A stretch of DNA of 64,000 bases from an uncultured Chloroflexia bacterium (GTDB lineage: Bacteria; Chloroflexota; Limnocylindria; Limnocylindrales; CSP1-4). A program made the translations under genes and the position numbers. This document shows positions 35,424-47,872 of the stretch, one piece after another. Every line of letters begins with the position of its first letter. Position 1 is the first letter of the stretch. The notes under the pieces were generated by a model. It was not told the origin of the DNA, ran no database searches, and saw only the letters and a list, made by a program, of their open reading frames with translations. Location: NCBI GenBank assembly GCA_963707215.1, contig CAVPPB010000001.1, forward strand, positions 128,001 to 192,000, in the 5' to 3' direction.

Positions 35424-36412
35424 TCGAGAACCTGGCCGATCGCGTCGAGGTCGAACTCGCCGGCGGCCGTCGCGTAGTCCTCGCCGAAGGACTCCAGCGA
35501 CAGGGTCCGCAGCGTGCCGTCGGCGTGGAATCCCCGGATGATCTCGTTGACCCGCTCGACGAAGGCCTTGGCATCCAGGCCCGAGCTCTTGTCGACGAAG
35601 CCGGAGGGGTAGTAGGTGAAGGCGACGTCGTCGATGGACCGGAGGTCCAGGCCGTCCGCGATCGCCTGCCCGCCGACCGGATCCGCGCACAGGAAGGCAT
35701 CGAGCTCGCCGTCGCCGAGCGCCTCGAGGCCGGTCGTCTCCGTCTGGAAGGTCACGACGACAGGATCCTGGACATTGACGGCGATCTCTACGCCGGGGAT
35801 CTCGAGCTCGCCATTGAGGTAGTACTCGTGACTGCAGCTGGCACAGGCCCCGATCTCCTTGCCGTCGAGGTCGGCGGCGTCCTCGTACGGGGAGTCCGAC
35901 CGCACGAAGTACAGGTTCGGCACCGCGTAGTAGGGCTGGGTCATCCAGAGCCGGGTCATCCGGTCGGCGTTGATCGAGCCGGAGCCATACGAGATGTCCC
36001 AGCGGTCGCCCCAGTTGCCGGCCGTGATCTCCGTCCACGGCGGGACCACGAAACACGGTTCCACCCCGAGCGCGGCCGCGACCGCCTTGCCGGTCTCCGC
36101 GTCGTAGCCGGTCACCTCGTCCGCCGTGAGCTGATCCGGCGTGCAGCGAGTGTCGGCCGCTCGTGACGCTCCCTCGACCTCGAAGGACTGCGGGGGATAG
36201 GCCGGGTCGGTCGACAGCACCAGGGTCCCCCGGGCAAGGATCTGGGCGAGCTTGTCCGATGCGGGATCCCTGCTCGGGTCGGCGGACGGGACCGGTGTAC
36301 CGCCGGCCCCACTCGCGCACCCCACGACCAGCGCGGTCGACAGTGCCAAGGCGAGGCCCAGGGTGAGCGCGTGGGGCCTGGCTCGCGGCGATCGATCGAG
36401 GGACGCTGGCAT
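35420..36412 (-). CDS. Family-3 solute-binding lipoprotein 1
   Basis: Lipobox VVGC; STDPAYPP, GYDAE, TQPYY, DGTLRTLSLESFG; paralogue of its neighbour. Confidence 0.85.
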   Translation of the reverse strand: MPASLDRSPRARPHALTLGLALALSTALVVGCASGAGGTPVPSADPSRDPASDKLAQILARGTLVLSTDPAYPPQSFEVEGASRAADTRCTPDQLTADEVTGYDAETGKAVAAALGVEPCFVVPPWTEITAGNWGDRWDISYGSGSINADRMTRLWMTQPYYAVPNLYFVRSDSPYEDAADLDGKEIGACASCSHEYYLNGELEIPGVEIAVNVQDPVVVTFQTETTGLEALGDGELDAFLCADPVGGQAIADGLDLRSIDDVAFTYYPSGFVDKSSGLDAKAFVERVNEIIRGFHADGTLRTLSLESFGEDYATAAGEFDLDAIGQVLE

Positions 36413-36429
36413 GGACGCTCCTGAGTTGA

Positions 36430-37198
36430 CTAGGGGGGCGGCGCGGCGACGAGATCGGCGGCGATCGCACGGTAGCGCGCCGCGAGCTCGTGCTGTGGGT
36501 AGCGCAGCGCGAAGACACCTTCGCTGGCCAGTCGCATCAGGTCGTCGGAGTGCGGCAGCACGGCCGCCACGTCGCAGCCATACGCCTCGCGGACCCGCTC
36601 GGCGACGACCTCCGGCGGGATGTCGCCCGGGGCCTTGTTGACGAGGATCGAGATCCGCGGGACCTCCAGCTCGCGGGCGACCCGGACCGTGATGCCGGTC
36701 CCCTCGTAGTCCTGGCGGTCGGGGCGCATGATCACCAGGAGCGACTGCGAGATCACGAGGGAGAGGAGGGTCTCCTCGTTGAGCCCAGGGTGGGTGTCGA
36801 TGAACAGGACATCGAGGCCGAGCTCGGCGACCAGGTCGCGCAGGCCCTCGGTCAGCCGCTGGGCGTCGTAGCCCTCGCGGAGGACCCGGGCGATCTCGCC
36901 CGGCTGCATGCTCGAGGGGATCAGGTACAGCTTGCCGGCAAGCGGGACGCCCTGGCGCTCGGTCACGTCGAGGGCGACCTCGCCGATCGGCCGGCCATGC
37001 CAGAGGAAGTCGTTGAGCGAGCCCAGGAACGTCCTCGCCGGCAAGGCCGAACAGGACGTGGATGCCCGGTGACTGGATGTCGGCGTCGATGACCCCGACC
37101 CGGCGCCCGTCGGCCGCCAGGCAGGCGGCGAGGTTCGCGGTGGTGTTGGACTTGCCGGTCCCACCCCGGAACGAGTGCACGGACACGATGGTCGCCAC
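36430..37198 (-). CDS. MinD/ParA-family ATPase (one frameshift at the C-run 37022-37024)
   Basis: IVSVHSFRGGTGKSN, VIDADIQSPG, FIDTHPGLNEE, ILVNK; GGAGG RBS. Confidence 0.9.
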
Positions 37199-37246
37199 CG
37201 ACGCGCCCCTCCCGCCGCCCGAGCGGCCGTGCTTCCTTGGCGGCGG

Positions 37247-37252
37247 ACTATA
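37247..37252 (-). promoter_or_regulatory. Putative -10 box of the signalling operon
   Basis: TATAGT on the minus strand about 50 nt upstream of the MinD-like start; rare AT-rich hexamer in this GC context. Confidence 0.55.
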
Positions 37253-37300
37253 CCCGATGGGACCGGGCGCGAGGCGCTGGGGCCGCGCCGAGTCGGCGTC

Positions 37301-39593
<2,293 letters not shown>

Positions 39594-39601
<8 letters not shown>

Positions 39602-40757
39602 GTCTCTGCCTCCGATCCCCCCTCGGCCCGAGTGGTCCCTCCTGGTACGAGGCACCGACCGCCTGGTCCGCCGTCACCACCTCGCCCACCACCACGGCGC
39701 TCACCCCCCGGTCCGCGAGCCACCGGATCAGCGTCGGGACGTCGGCGCCGTCGACGATCGCGATCATGCCGAGGCCGGCGTTGAAGGTCGCCCGGAGCTC
39801 AGCGTCGTCGATCCCGGCCAGGGCGGCGATCAGGCGCATCTCCGTCGGGACCAGCCAGCGCGTCGGGTCGAGCCTCGCCGCGAGGCCGTCGGGGAGCGCC
39901 CGGGGCACGTTGCCGGGCAGGCCGCCCCCGGTGACGTGGGCGAGGGCGTGAAGGTCGGAGCCCCCGGCTCGCAGGGCCGCCCGGGCCGCCAGCACGTCCG
40001 CCGCGTAGATGCGGGTCGGTGTCAGGAGGACCTCGCCGAGGGTCGCTTCGCGTCGCTCGGGCGCCTCCGCCAGCACCTGCGCCGCCGCGTCCGGCCCCAG
40101 GGTTCGCTCCACGAGGGAGACGAAGCCAGTTCCCAGGGCGAGGTCGTGCTCGTCGAGGACGCTCCGGACGAGCGAGTAGCCGTTCGCATGGAAGCCGCTC
40201 GAGGCCAGCCCCACGAGCACATCGCCGGCCCTGACCGCGGAGCCGTCGAGGGCGAGGTCACGCTCCACGACGCCGACGCAGAAGCCGGCCAGGTCGAGCG
40301 CCTCGGGTGGCATCAGGCCGGGGTGCTCGGCCGTCTCCCCGCCGACCAGGGCGCAGCCGGCGGCCCGGCAGCCCGCGGCGATGCCGCCGACGACGGTCGC
40401 CACCCGGTCCGGGTCCAGCCGTCCGACCGCCAGGTAGTCAAGGAAGAAGAGCGGGGCGGCGCCGGCGCAGACGACGTCGTCGGCGCACATCGCCACGAGG
40501 TCCAGGCCGATGGTGTCCCAGCGGTCGAGCGCAGAGGCGATGGCCGTCTTGGTCCCGACCCCATCGGTCGCCGAGACCAGCAGCGGGTCGACCATCCCGG
40601 TCGGCAGCACCGTGGCCCCGGCGAAGCCGCCGAGCCCGCCCACGACCTCGGGCCGGCGGGTCGACTCGACCGCGGCCCGGAGCAACTCGACGGCTCGCTC
40701 GCCCGCCACGACGTCCACCCCGGCCGCGGCGTAGGCATCCCTTGCGCCCGAGCTCAT
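39594..40757 (-). CDS. purM: AIR synthetase
   Basis: YAAAGVD, TDGVGTK, GGETAEHPG, HVTGGGL, TFNAGLG. Confidence 0.97.
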
Positions 40758-42238
40758 CCGGCGACCCCTGCCTGGGCCGGGGCCAGCTCATCCTCGAGGA
40801 GGAACTTGCGGTGGACGGCGTCGTACGGCACCGGCACGGGGTAGTTCCCGTCGAAGCAGGCGAAGCAGAACCGCTCGTACGGCAGATCGAGGGCGGTCAG
40901 GACGCCCTTGATCGAGAGGTAGCCCAGCGAGTCGGCACCCACGAAGTCGCGGATCTCGTCGGTCGTGTGCGAGGCCGCGATGAGCTCGGTCTCGACCTGG
41001 GTGTCGATCCCGTAGAAGCAGGGGTGATGGATCGGCGGCGCGCTGATCCGGAGGTGGACCTCCGACGCGCCAGCTCGCCGGAGGAGGGCCACGATCTGCT
41101 TCGTCGTCGTGCCCCGGACGATGGAGTCGTCGACGACGATCAGGCGGCGACCGCGGACCACCTCCCGGAGCGGGCTGAGCTTGACGTTCACGCCGCGCTG
41201 GCGCATCTGCTGCGACGGCTGGATGAAGGTCCGCCCGGTGTAGCGGTTGCGCACCATCCCCTCGCGGTAGGGCAGGCCGATCGCCTCGGCGAAGCCGGCG
41301 GCGGCGGGGGCCCCGGTGTCGGGGACGGGCATGACCATGTCCGCCTCGGCCGGGAGCTCGCGGGCCAGCTGCATCCCCATGCGGCGACGCGCCTCGTACA
41401 GGTTGCGACCCTCGAGGTACGAGTCGGGACGGGCGAAGTAGATGAGCTCGAAGACGCAGAGTGACCGGTGCGGCTCGGCGTAGTGGACGGAGCGTGGCGG
41501 CCGGCCGGGCTCCAGGATGACCAGCTCGCCGGGCTCGACGTCGCGGACCACCTCCGCGCCGACGATGTCCAGCGCGGCCGTCTCCGAGCCCAGGACCCAG
41601 GCCGTGCGGGCATCCTCGTCGCCGGCCCACAGGTCGGGCTCTCCCGTCGGGGCCTCCAGGCGGAGGCGGCCCAGGACGAGCGGCCGGAAGCCGTATGGGT
41701 CGCGGATCCCGATGACGCGGCGCTCGTCGAGGACGACCAGGCTGAACGCCCCCCGGACTCGGGGCAGGACCCGCAGGAGGGCCTCGACGGTGTCCTCGGC
41801 CGGCTCATCGGCCAGGAGAGCGGTCAGCAGCTCCGTGTCGGTCGAGGCCGGCAGGCGGGCGCGCCCGCCGGACAGCTGGTCGAGCAGCTCGCGGGTGTTG
41901 ACGAGGTTGCCGTTGTGACCGATCGCGATGGCCCGCCGGGGGCCCAGGCGGAGCGTGGGCTGGGCGTTCTCCCAGACCGTCGAGCCGGTCGTCGAGTAGC
42001 GGCAGTGGGCGATCGCCAGCTGGCCTCGGAGGGACGGGATCCGGCGCTCATCAAGGACGGACGACACCATCCCGAGGTCCTTGTAGAGCATGAGCTGCTC
42101 GCCGTCGCTGACCGCCAGCCCGGCGGACTCCTGGCCCCGGTGCTGCAGGGCGAAGAGCCCGAGGGAGGCGACCGCTGCCGCCTCATGGGGTCCACCGCGG
42201 GCACCCGGAGGGAGCACCGCGCCGAAGACGCCGCACAT
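40754..42238 (-). CDS. purF: Amidophosphoribosyltransferase
   Basis: N-terminal MCG, LQHRGQESAG, CVFELIYFARPDS, VVDDSIVRGTT. Confidence 0.98.
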   Translation of the reverse strand: MCGVFGAVLPPGARGGPHEAAAVASLGLFALQHRGQESAGLAVSDGEQLMLYKDLGMVSSVLDERRIPSLRGQLAIAHCRYSTTGSTVWENAQPTLRLGPRRAIAIGHNGNLVNTRELLDQLSGGRARLPASTDTELLTALLADEPAEDTVEALLRVLPRVRGAFSLVVLDERRVIGIRDPYGFRPLVLGRLRLEAPTGEPDLWAGDEDARTAWVLGSETAALDIVGAEVVRDVEPGELVILEPGRPPRSVHYAEPHRSLCVFELIYFARPDSYLEGRNLYEARRRMGMQLARELPAEADMVMPVPDTGAPAAAGFAEAIGLPYREGMVRNRYTGRTFIQPSQQMRQRGVNVKLSPLREVVRGRRLIVVDDSIVRGTTTKQIVALLRRAGASEVHLRISAPPIHHPCFYGIDTQVETELIAASHTTDEIRDFVGADSLGYLSIKGVLTALDLPYERFCFACFDGNYPVPVPYDAVHRKFLLEDELAPAQAGVAG

Positions 42239-42240
42239 CG

Positions 42241-44565
42241 TCAGGCCTCCTGCCCGAGTGCCCGGGCCAGGCCGTGCTCCCAGGCATGGGCGAGGTCGGC
42301 GATGGGCACGTCGATAGCGTCGGCGACCCGGCTGCCGCGACCCTCCGCGGCCCCCGTCGCGCCCTCACCGGCGAGCTCGATGACCAGTCGGTCGCCGGCC
42401 ACGACGCCGAACGGCTCGACCGGAAGCCCGTGCTGGCGGGCAAGGAGCTCGAGGGCCGGTCGATGGCGCGGTCGACAGGTGATGACGACCCGGCTGGGTC
42501 CCTCGCCGAAGAGCTCGACGGCCGGCGAGCCCGGGACGCCGAGTCGGAGCTCCGCCCCGAGGCCCGACCAGACGGCCGCCTCGGCGAGCGCGACCGCCAG
42601 ACCGCCTCCCGAGACGTCCTGGGCGGAGGCCACCAGCCGACGCGAGATCGCCTCTCGGATGAAGACCTGGAGAGCCGCTTCGCGGCTGAGATCGAGGATC
42701 GGCGGGCGGTCCTCGCTGGTGACCCCCGCCAGGGAGGCATAGGCGCTGCCGACCATCCCGGGCGTCGTGGCGCCGACCAGGATCACGGCGTCGCCCTCGG
42801 CCACGAAGGCCGGGCCGACGAGCCCGGCCACGTCGTCGAGCAGGCCGACCACCCCGATCTCCGGCGTCGGCGCGATGGCCCCGGTCGGCGACTCGTTGTA
42901 CAGGCTCACGTTGCCACCGGTCACGGGCAGGCCGAGCGCCCGGCAGGCGTCGCCCAGGCCCCGGACGGCCTCCTTGAGCTGCCAGAACGCCTCCGGCCGG
43001 GTCGGATCGCCGAAGTTGAGGCAGTTCGTCACGCCGAGCGGGCGGGCGCCGGTGATCGCCACGTTGCGGCTGGCCTCGGCGACCGACATCGCCGCCCCCA
43101 GCCAGGGGTCGGCGATGCCGACGGCCTGGGCGCAGTCGGTCGTGGCGACGAGGGCCTTGGTCGTGCCCTTGATCCGCAGCACCGCGGCACCGCGGCCGGG
43201 GCCTGCGACCGTGTCGGCACCGACGTGCTGGTCGTACTGCTCGTACACCCAGCGCTTGGAGGCCAGGTTCGCGGAGCCGAGCAGCGCAAGCAGCACGGCT
43301 CCCGGATCCATGCCCCGCTCCGGCAGGCCGCCGGCGGCCGTCTCGGCCAGCCCGGGGGCCGGCGCTTCGCGGACCCGGTGCGGCGGGCTGGCGAGTCGCT
43401 CATGGACGATGGCGTCCGAGGTGAGGGCCGCGGCAGGGATCCGGGCGATCTCGCGGGCTCCGGCGGCGGGCCGGCCGTCCGCCCCGAAGCCGCCCTCGAT
43501 GACCGCGATGTCGCCATCGCCGGTGACCCGGCCGATCACCGCCACCGGCAGACCCCAGCGCTCGCAGATCTCGCGGACCGCGTCGTAGCGATCGGGGCGG
43601 ACGACCGCGACCATCCGTTCCTGCGACTCGGAGATCATGACCTCGAACGGCACCATGCCCGGCTCGCGTCGGGGGATCGCATCGAGGTCGATGGCCATGC
43701 CCGTGCCAGCCCGATCTGCCGTCTCCGACGTGCCACACGTGATGCCCCCGGCCCCGAGGTCCTGGAGCCCCTCGACGAGCCCGCGTTCGATCAACTCGAG
43801 CGACGCCTCGATGAGCAGCTTCTCAGCGAACGGATCGCCGACCTGGACCGACGGCCGCTTCGAGGGGTCGTCATGGGTGAAAGTCGCGCTGGCCAGGACC
43901 GAGGCTCCGCCGATCCCGTCGCGACCGGTGGTCGAGCCGAACAGGACCACCAGGTTACCGGGACCGGGTGCCTGGGCGAGGGTCAACAGCCGCGCCTCGA
44001 GGACGCCGATGGCCATGACGTTGACCAGTGGGTTGCCCTGGTACGAGGGATCGAAGACCAGCTCGCCGCCGACCGTGGGGACACCGACGCAGTTGCCGTA
44101 GCCGCCAACGCCCCGGACGACGCCGTCGACGAGATGACGGGTCCGCGGATCGGTGGGATCACCGAACCGGAGCGCGTCGAGGACGGCGATCGGCCGGGCG
44201 CCCATGGTGAAGATGTCACGGAGGATGCCACCCACGCCGGTCGCCGCCCCCTGGTACGGCTCGACCGCGCTGGGGTGATTGTGCGACTCGATCTTGAAGG
44301 CGACCGCCAGCCCGTCGCCGATCGAGATGACGCCGGCGTTCTCGCCAGGCCCGGCGACGACCCCCTCGCCGCCGGTCGGGAGCGTCCGGAGGAGCGGCTT
44401 GCTGCTCTTGTAGCTGCAGTGCTCGCTCCACATGACACTGAACATCGCCAGCTCGAGGTCGTTGGGGTCGCGACCCAGCCGGCCGCGGATCGCCCCGAGC
44501 TCGTCGTCGGTCAGCCCGAGCCGGCGGTGGAGGGGCTCGGCCGCCGGGGTCGCCGGGCCCGTCAT
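42241..44565 (-). CDS. purL: FGAM synthase large subunit
   Basis: [33 protein letters not shown]. Confidence 0.97.
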   Translation of the reverse strand: MTGPATPAAEPLHRRLGLTDDELGAIRGRLGRDPNDLELAMFSVMWSEHCSYKSSKPLLRTLPTGGEGVVAGPGENAGVISIGDGLAVAFKIESHNHPSAVEPYQGAATGVGGILRDIFTMGARPIAVLDALRFGDPTDPRTRHLVDGVVRGVGGYGNCVGVPTVGGELVFDPSYQGNPLVNVMAIGVLEARLLTLAQAPGPGNLVVLFGSTTGRDGIGGASVLASATFTHDDPSKRPSVQVGDPFAEKLLIEASLELIERGLVEGLQDLGAGGITCGTSETADRAGTGMAIDLDAIPRREPGMVPFEVMISESQERMVAVVRPDRYDAVREICERWGLPVAVIGRVTGDGDIAVIEGGFGADGRPAAGAREIARIPAAALTSDAIVHERLASPPHRVREAPAPGLAETAAGGLPERGMDPGAVLLALLGSANLASKRWVYEQYDQHVGADTVAGPGRGAAVLRIKGTTKALVATTDCAQAVGIADPWLGAAMSVAEASRNVAITGARPLGVTNCLNFGDPTRPEAFWQLKEAVRGLGDACRALGLPVTGGNVSLYNESPTGAIAPTPEIGVVGLLDDVAGLVGPAFVAEGDAVILVGATTPGMVGSAYASLAGVTSEDRPPILDLSREAALQVFIREAISRRLVASAQDVSGGGLAVALAEAAVWSGLGAELRLGVPGSPAVELFGEGPSRVVITCRPRHRPALELLARQHGLPVEPFGVVAGDRLVIELAGEGATGAAEGRGSRVADAIDVPIADLAHAWEHGLARALGQEA

Positions 44566-45311
44566 CACGGGGTCCCGCTCGCCACCGTGCCGCCGCTCCG
44601 GGCCCGCTCGGCGGCACTCTCGACGAGGGAGCGGACGATCCACATCCCGTCGTCCGACCCCAGGACCGCCTCGGCGGCGCGCTCCGGATGGGGCATGAGA
44701 CCGGCCACGTTACCGGCCTGGTTCGTCACGCCGGCGATCGCCCGGAGGCTGCCATTGGGGTTCGCCGGGTCGTCCGGCCCGGCCGCCGCGGTCCCGTCGG
44801 GGCCAACGTAGCGGACCCAGGCCAGGTCCTGGCGCTCGATCCGGTCGAGGGTCGCCTCGTCGGCGAAGTAGGCGCCCTCGCCGTGGGCGACCGGCATCCG
44901 GAGCGGCCGTCGCTCCGGCAGCGCCCGAGTGAAGGGCAGGTCGAGCCGGCCGGGAACGATCGTCACCTCGCGGCAGACGAAGCGGAGCGAGCGGTTCCGC
45001 AGGAGCGCGCCGGGCACGAGGCCGCTCTCGGCGAGCACCTGGAAGCCATTACAGATGCCCAGCACGAGGCCGCCCTCGGCCGCGAACGCGGAGACGGCCC
45101 GCATGATCGGACTGAAGCGGGCGATCACCCCGGCCCGGAGGTAGTCGCCGTAGGCGAAACCACCTGGCAGGACGACCGCAGCCGCTCCCTCGAGGGAGGC
45201 CTGCTCGTGCCAGAGCTCGACGGGCTCGGCGCCGGCCAGGGCCAGGGCGTGCACCGTGTCCCGGTCGCAGTTGCTGCCCGGGAAGACGACGACGCCGACC
45301 CGGACGCTCAT
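44565..45311 (-). CDS. purQ: FGAM synthase glutaminase subunit
   Basis: FPGSNCD, GICNGFQ, MPHPER. Confidence 0.97.
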   Translation of the reverse strand: MSVRVGVVVFPGSNCDRDTVHALALAGAEPVELWHEQASLEGAAAVVLPGGFAYGDYLRAGVIARFSPIMRAVSAFAAEGGLVLGICNGFQVLAESGLVPGALLRNRSLRFVCREVTIVPGRLDLPFTRALPERRPLRMPVAHGEGAYFADEATLDRIERQDLAWVRYVGPDGTAAAGPDDPANPNGSLRAIAGVTNQAGNVAGLMPHPERAAEAVLGSDDGMWIVRSLVESAAERARSGGTVASGTP

Positions 45312-45589
45312 TCGCCGCCCCCGGGAGCGCCGACGAGCGGCTCGATGGTGAAGGTCTCGATGAGCGGGTTGCTCAGCAGCTCCTCGGCCAATCGTCGGAC
45401 GATCGCCTCGGCCTCCAGCCCGCCGTCTGCCTCGACGGTCAGCTCGATCCGACGACCCACCCGGACGTCACTGACCTCGTGGATGCCGAGGTGCGGCAGG
45501 CCCTGTTCGACCGCCCGACCCTGCGGATCGAGGATGCCGGGCTTGGGCAGGACGTTGACGGCGAAGCGGTGCGCGGGCAGCTGGTTCAT
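45308..45589 (-). CDS. purS: FGAM synthase PurS subunit
   Basis: KPGILDPQG, VRVGR, LLSNPLIE. Confidence 0.95.
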   Translation of the reverse strand: MNQLPAHRFAVNVLPKPGILDPQGRAVEQGLPHLGIHEVSDVRVGRRIELTVEADGGLEAEAIVRRLAEELLSNPLIETFTIEPLVGAPGGGE

Positions 45590-46506
45590 GGGGCGACGAC
45601 GTCCTCCTCGAGGTAGCGGGCGAAGCTGGCTCCGGTGATCCGCTCGAACGCCTGCACGTAGCGCGCGCGGGTCCCGGCCACGACCTCGTCCGGCAGCTCC
45701 GGGCCGGGGGCCGACTTGTCCCACGGCTGGGCCTCGAGCCAGTCGCGGACGAACTGCTTGTCGAAGCTGGCCTGGCGGCGGCCGGGCTCGTACGCCGCGG
45801 CGTCCCAGAAGCGGGACGAGTCGGGCGTCAGGACCTCGTCCACGAGGAGCAGCTCGCCGCTCGTCGGGTCGGTCCCGAACTCGAACTTGGTGTCGGCCAG
45901 CAGGATCCCGGCTCGCTCGCAATCGGCCGCCCCATGGCGGAAGAGGGCCAGCGAAGCCTCGCGAACGCGGACGGCGAGCTCGTGGCCCACCAGCTGCTCG
46001 GCGCGGGCGAAGGGGATGTTCTCGTCGTGCGCGCCAGCGGGTGCCTTCCATGCCGGCGTGAAGACTGGCTCGTCGAGCCGGTCGGACTCTCGCAGGCCTG
46101 GCGGCAGCGGCACCCCGCAGATCCCACCCGTCTCGCGGTATTCCTTCCAGGCCGAACCGGCGAGGTACCCGCGGACGACACACTCGACCGGCAGGACCTC
46201 AGCCGGGCGACCGATCATCATCCGGCCCCGCAGTTCGGCGACGACCCCCGGATCGGCCGCCAGCTCGGTCGGCAGCTCCCCCGGGTCCGTCCCCAGGAGA
46301 TGGTTCGGGATGATCTCGGCCGTCCGCCCGAACCAGAAGCGGGACAGCCCGGTCAGGACCCGGCCCTTGTCCGGGATCGGCGTGGGCAGGACGACGTCGA
46401 AGGCGCTGATGCGGTCGCTCGCCACGAGCAGGAGCCTCGACGCGTCGAGCCGGTACAGGTCGCGGACCTTGCCGGATCGCAGGAACAGCGCCTCAGCGCG
46501 GAGCAC
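45586..46506 (-). CDS. purC: SAICAR synthetase
   Basis: GKVRDLY, SDRISAFD, DTKFEFG, DEVLTPDSSRFW. Confidence 0.97.
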   Translation of the reverse strand: MLRAEALFLRSGKVRDLYRLDASRLLLVASDRISAFDVVLPTPIPDKGRVLTGLSRFWFGRTAEIIPNHLLGTDPGELPTELAADPGVVAELRGRMMIGRPAEVLPVECVVRGYLAGSAWKEYRETGGICGVPLPPGLRESDRLDEPVFTPAWKAPAGAHDENIPFARAEQLVGHELAVRVREASLALFRHGAADCERAGILLADTKFEFGTDPTSGELLLVDEVLTPDSSRFWDAAAYEPGRRQASFDKQFVRDWLEAQPWDKSAPGPELPDEVVAGTRARYVQAFERITGASFARYLEEDVVAP

Positions 46507-47872
46507 GGGACGCCTCCTCCGGGTTCTCTCGAGCAGCGGTCGTGCCCGTCCCCGCCCGCCCCCGAAGCCCTTCCTCGATGACGGCGAGGCGGGCGATGAC
46601 GGCCGGGACGTGACGAAGCACGCGCTCGTCGTCGAAGCAGGCGTCGAGCTGCTCGAGCGAGAGCCGCTGGGCGACGTCGGGGTCGGTCTGGAGCAGGCCC
46701 TGGAGCGGGACCCGCTCGTCCGCCGCGCGGAGCGCGTTGCGCTGGACGATCGCGTAGGCCGCCTCTCGAGAGAGCCCGCCCTCCTCGACGAGGGCGAGGA
46801 GGGCCCGGCTGCTGGCGTGCAGACCGTGCCCGCGCTCGATGTTCTCGCGCATCCGGTCCGGCCGGACCACGAGGCCCTCGATGAGCCCCCGCATCCGGAC
46901 CAGCATGTAGTCCAGCAGGATGGTGGCGTCGGGAAGGAGGACCCGCTCGGCCGACGAGTGGCTGATGTCCCGCTCGTGCCAGAGCGGCTGGTCCTCGAAC
47001 GCCACCAGGGCGTAGCCGCGGAGGAGGCGAGCCAAGCCGGCGATCCGCTCGGACAGGATCGGGTTCCGCTTGTGGGGCATCGCCGACGAGCCCTTCTGGC
47101 CCGCCCGGAACGGCTCCATCACCTCGCCGATCTCCGTGTGCTGGAGATTCCGGACCTCGGTCGCGAAGCGCTCCAGCGAGCCGCCGGTCACGGCGATCGC
47201 CGCCAGGACGGCCGCGTGGCGGTCGCGCTGGACGATCTGGGTCGAGACCGGGTCGACGTGGAGGCCGAGGGCGCCGAGGACCTCCGCCTCGAGATCCGGG
47301 TCGAGATGGCTGTAGGTGCCCACCGGCCCGGAGATCTTGCCGGTGGCCGCCTCGCCGAAGGCCGCCGCGAGGCGGACCCGGTCGCGCTCGAGCTCGAACG
47401 CCCAGCCGGCCATCTTGAGCCCGAGGGTCGTCGGCTCCGCGTGGACCGAGTGGGTCCTCCCCATCATCACGGTCGTGGCCTCGGCACGCGCCCGGGCGAC
47501 CACGGCCGACAGCAGCTCATCGACGTCCCGCAGGAGCCGATCGCCGGCGGCCCGCAGCTGGAGCGCCAGGGCGGTATCGACGACATCGCTGCTGGTGAGG
47601 CCGACGTGGAGATAGCGGCCCTCCGGCCCGACCGACTCGGCGACCTGGCTGACGAACGCGATGACGTCGTGGTCGGTCGTCCGCTCGATCTCGGCGATCC
47701 GGTCCACGTCCACCCGCGCCTTCGCCTCGATCACGTCGAGGGCGCCGGCCGGGACCATCTCCCGGGCGACCTGTGCCCGGGCCACCGCGAGCTCGACCTC
47801 GAGCATCCGCCCGAAGCGGGCCTCGTCGGACCAGACCGCGGCCATCTCCGGGAGCGTGTAGCGGCGGATCAC
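46493..47872 (-). CDS. purB: Adenylosuccinate lyase
   Basis: HVGLTSSD, GRTHSVHAEP, GSSAMPHKRNP. Confidence 0.97.
   Translation of the reverse strand: MIRRYTLPEMAAVWSDEARFGRMLEVELAVARAQVAREMVPAGALDVIEAKARVDVDRIAEIERTTDHDVIAFVSQVAESVGPEGRYLHVGLTSSDVVDTALALQLRAAGDRLLRDVDELLSAVVARARAEATTVMMGRTHSVHAEPTTLGLKMAGWAFELERDRVRLAAAFGEAATGKISGPVGTYSHLDPDLEAEVLGALGLHVDPVSTQIVQRDRHAAVLAAIAVTGGSLERFATEVRNLQHTEIGEVMEPFRAGQKGSSAMPHKRNPILSERIAGLARLLRGYALVAFEDQPLWHERDISHSSAERVLLPDATILLDYMLVRMRGLIEGLVVRPDRMRENIERGHGLHASSRALLALVEEGGLSREAAYAIVQRNALRAADERVPLQGLLQTDPDVAQRLSLEQLDACFDDERVLRHVPAVIARLAVIEEGLRGRAGTGTTAARENPEEASRAPR

Noticed and set aside
30913-35700. 1595-aa kinase ORF and apparent MinD-SBP fusion (35420..37198)
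   Set aside because: The upstream extensions are off-frame readings of neighbouring genes. The MinD-SBP join results from the single indel at 37022-37024.
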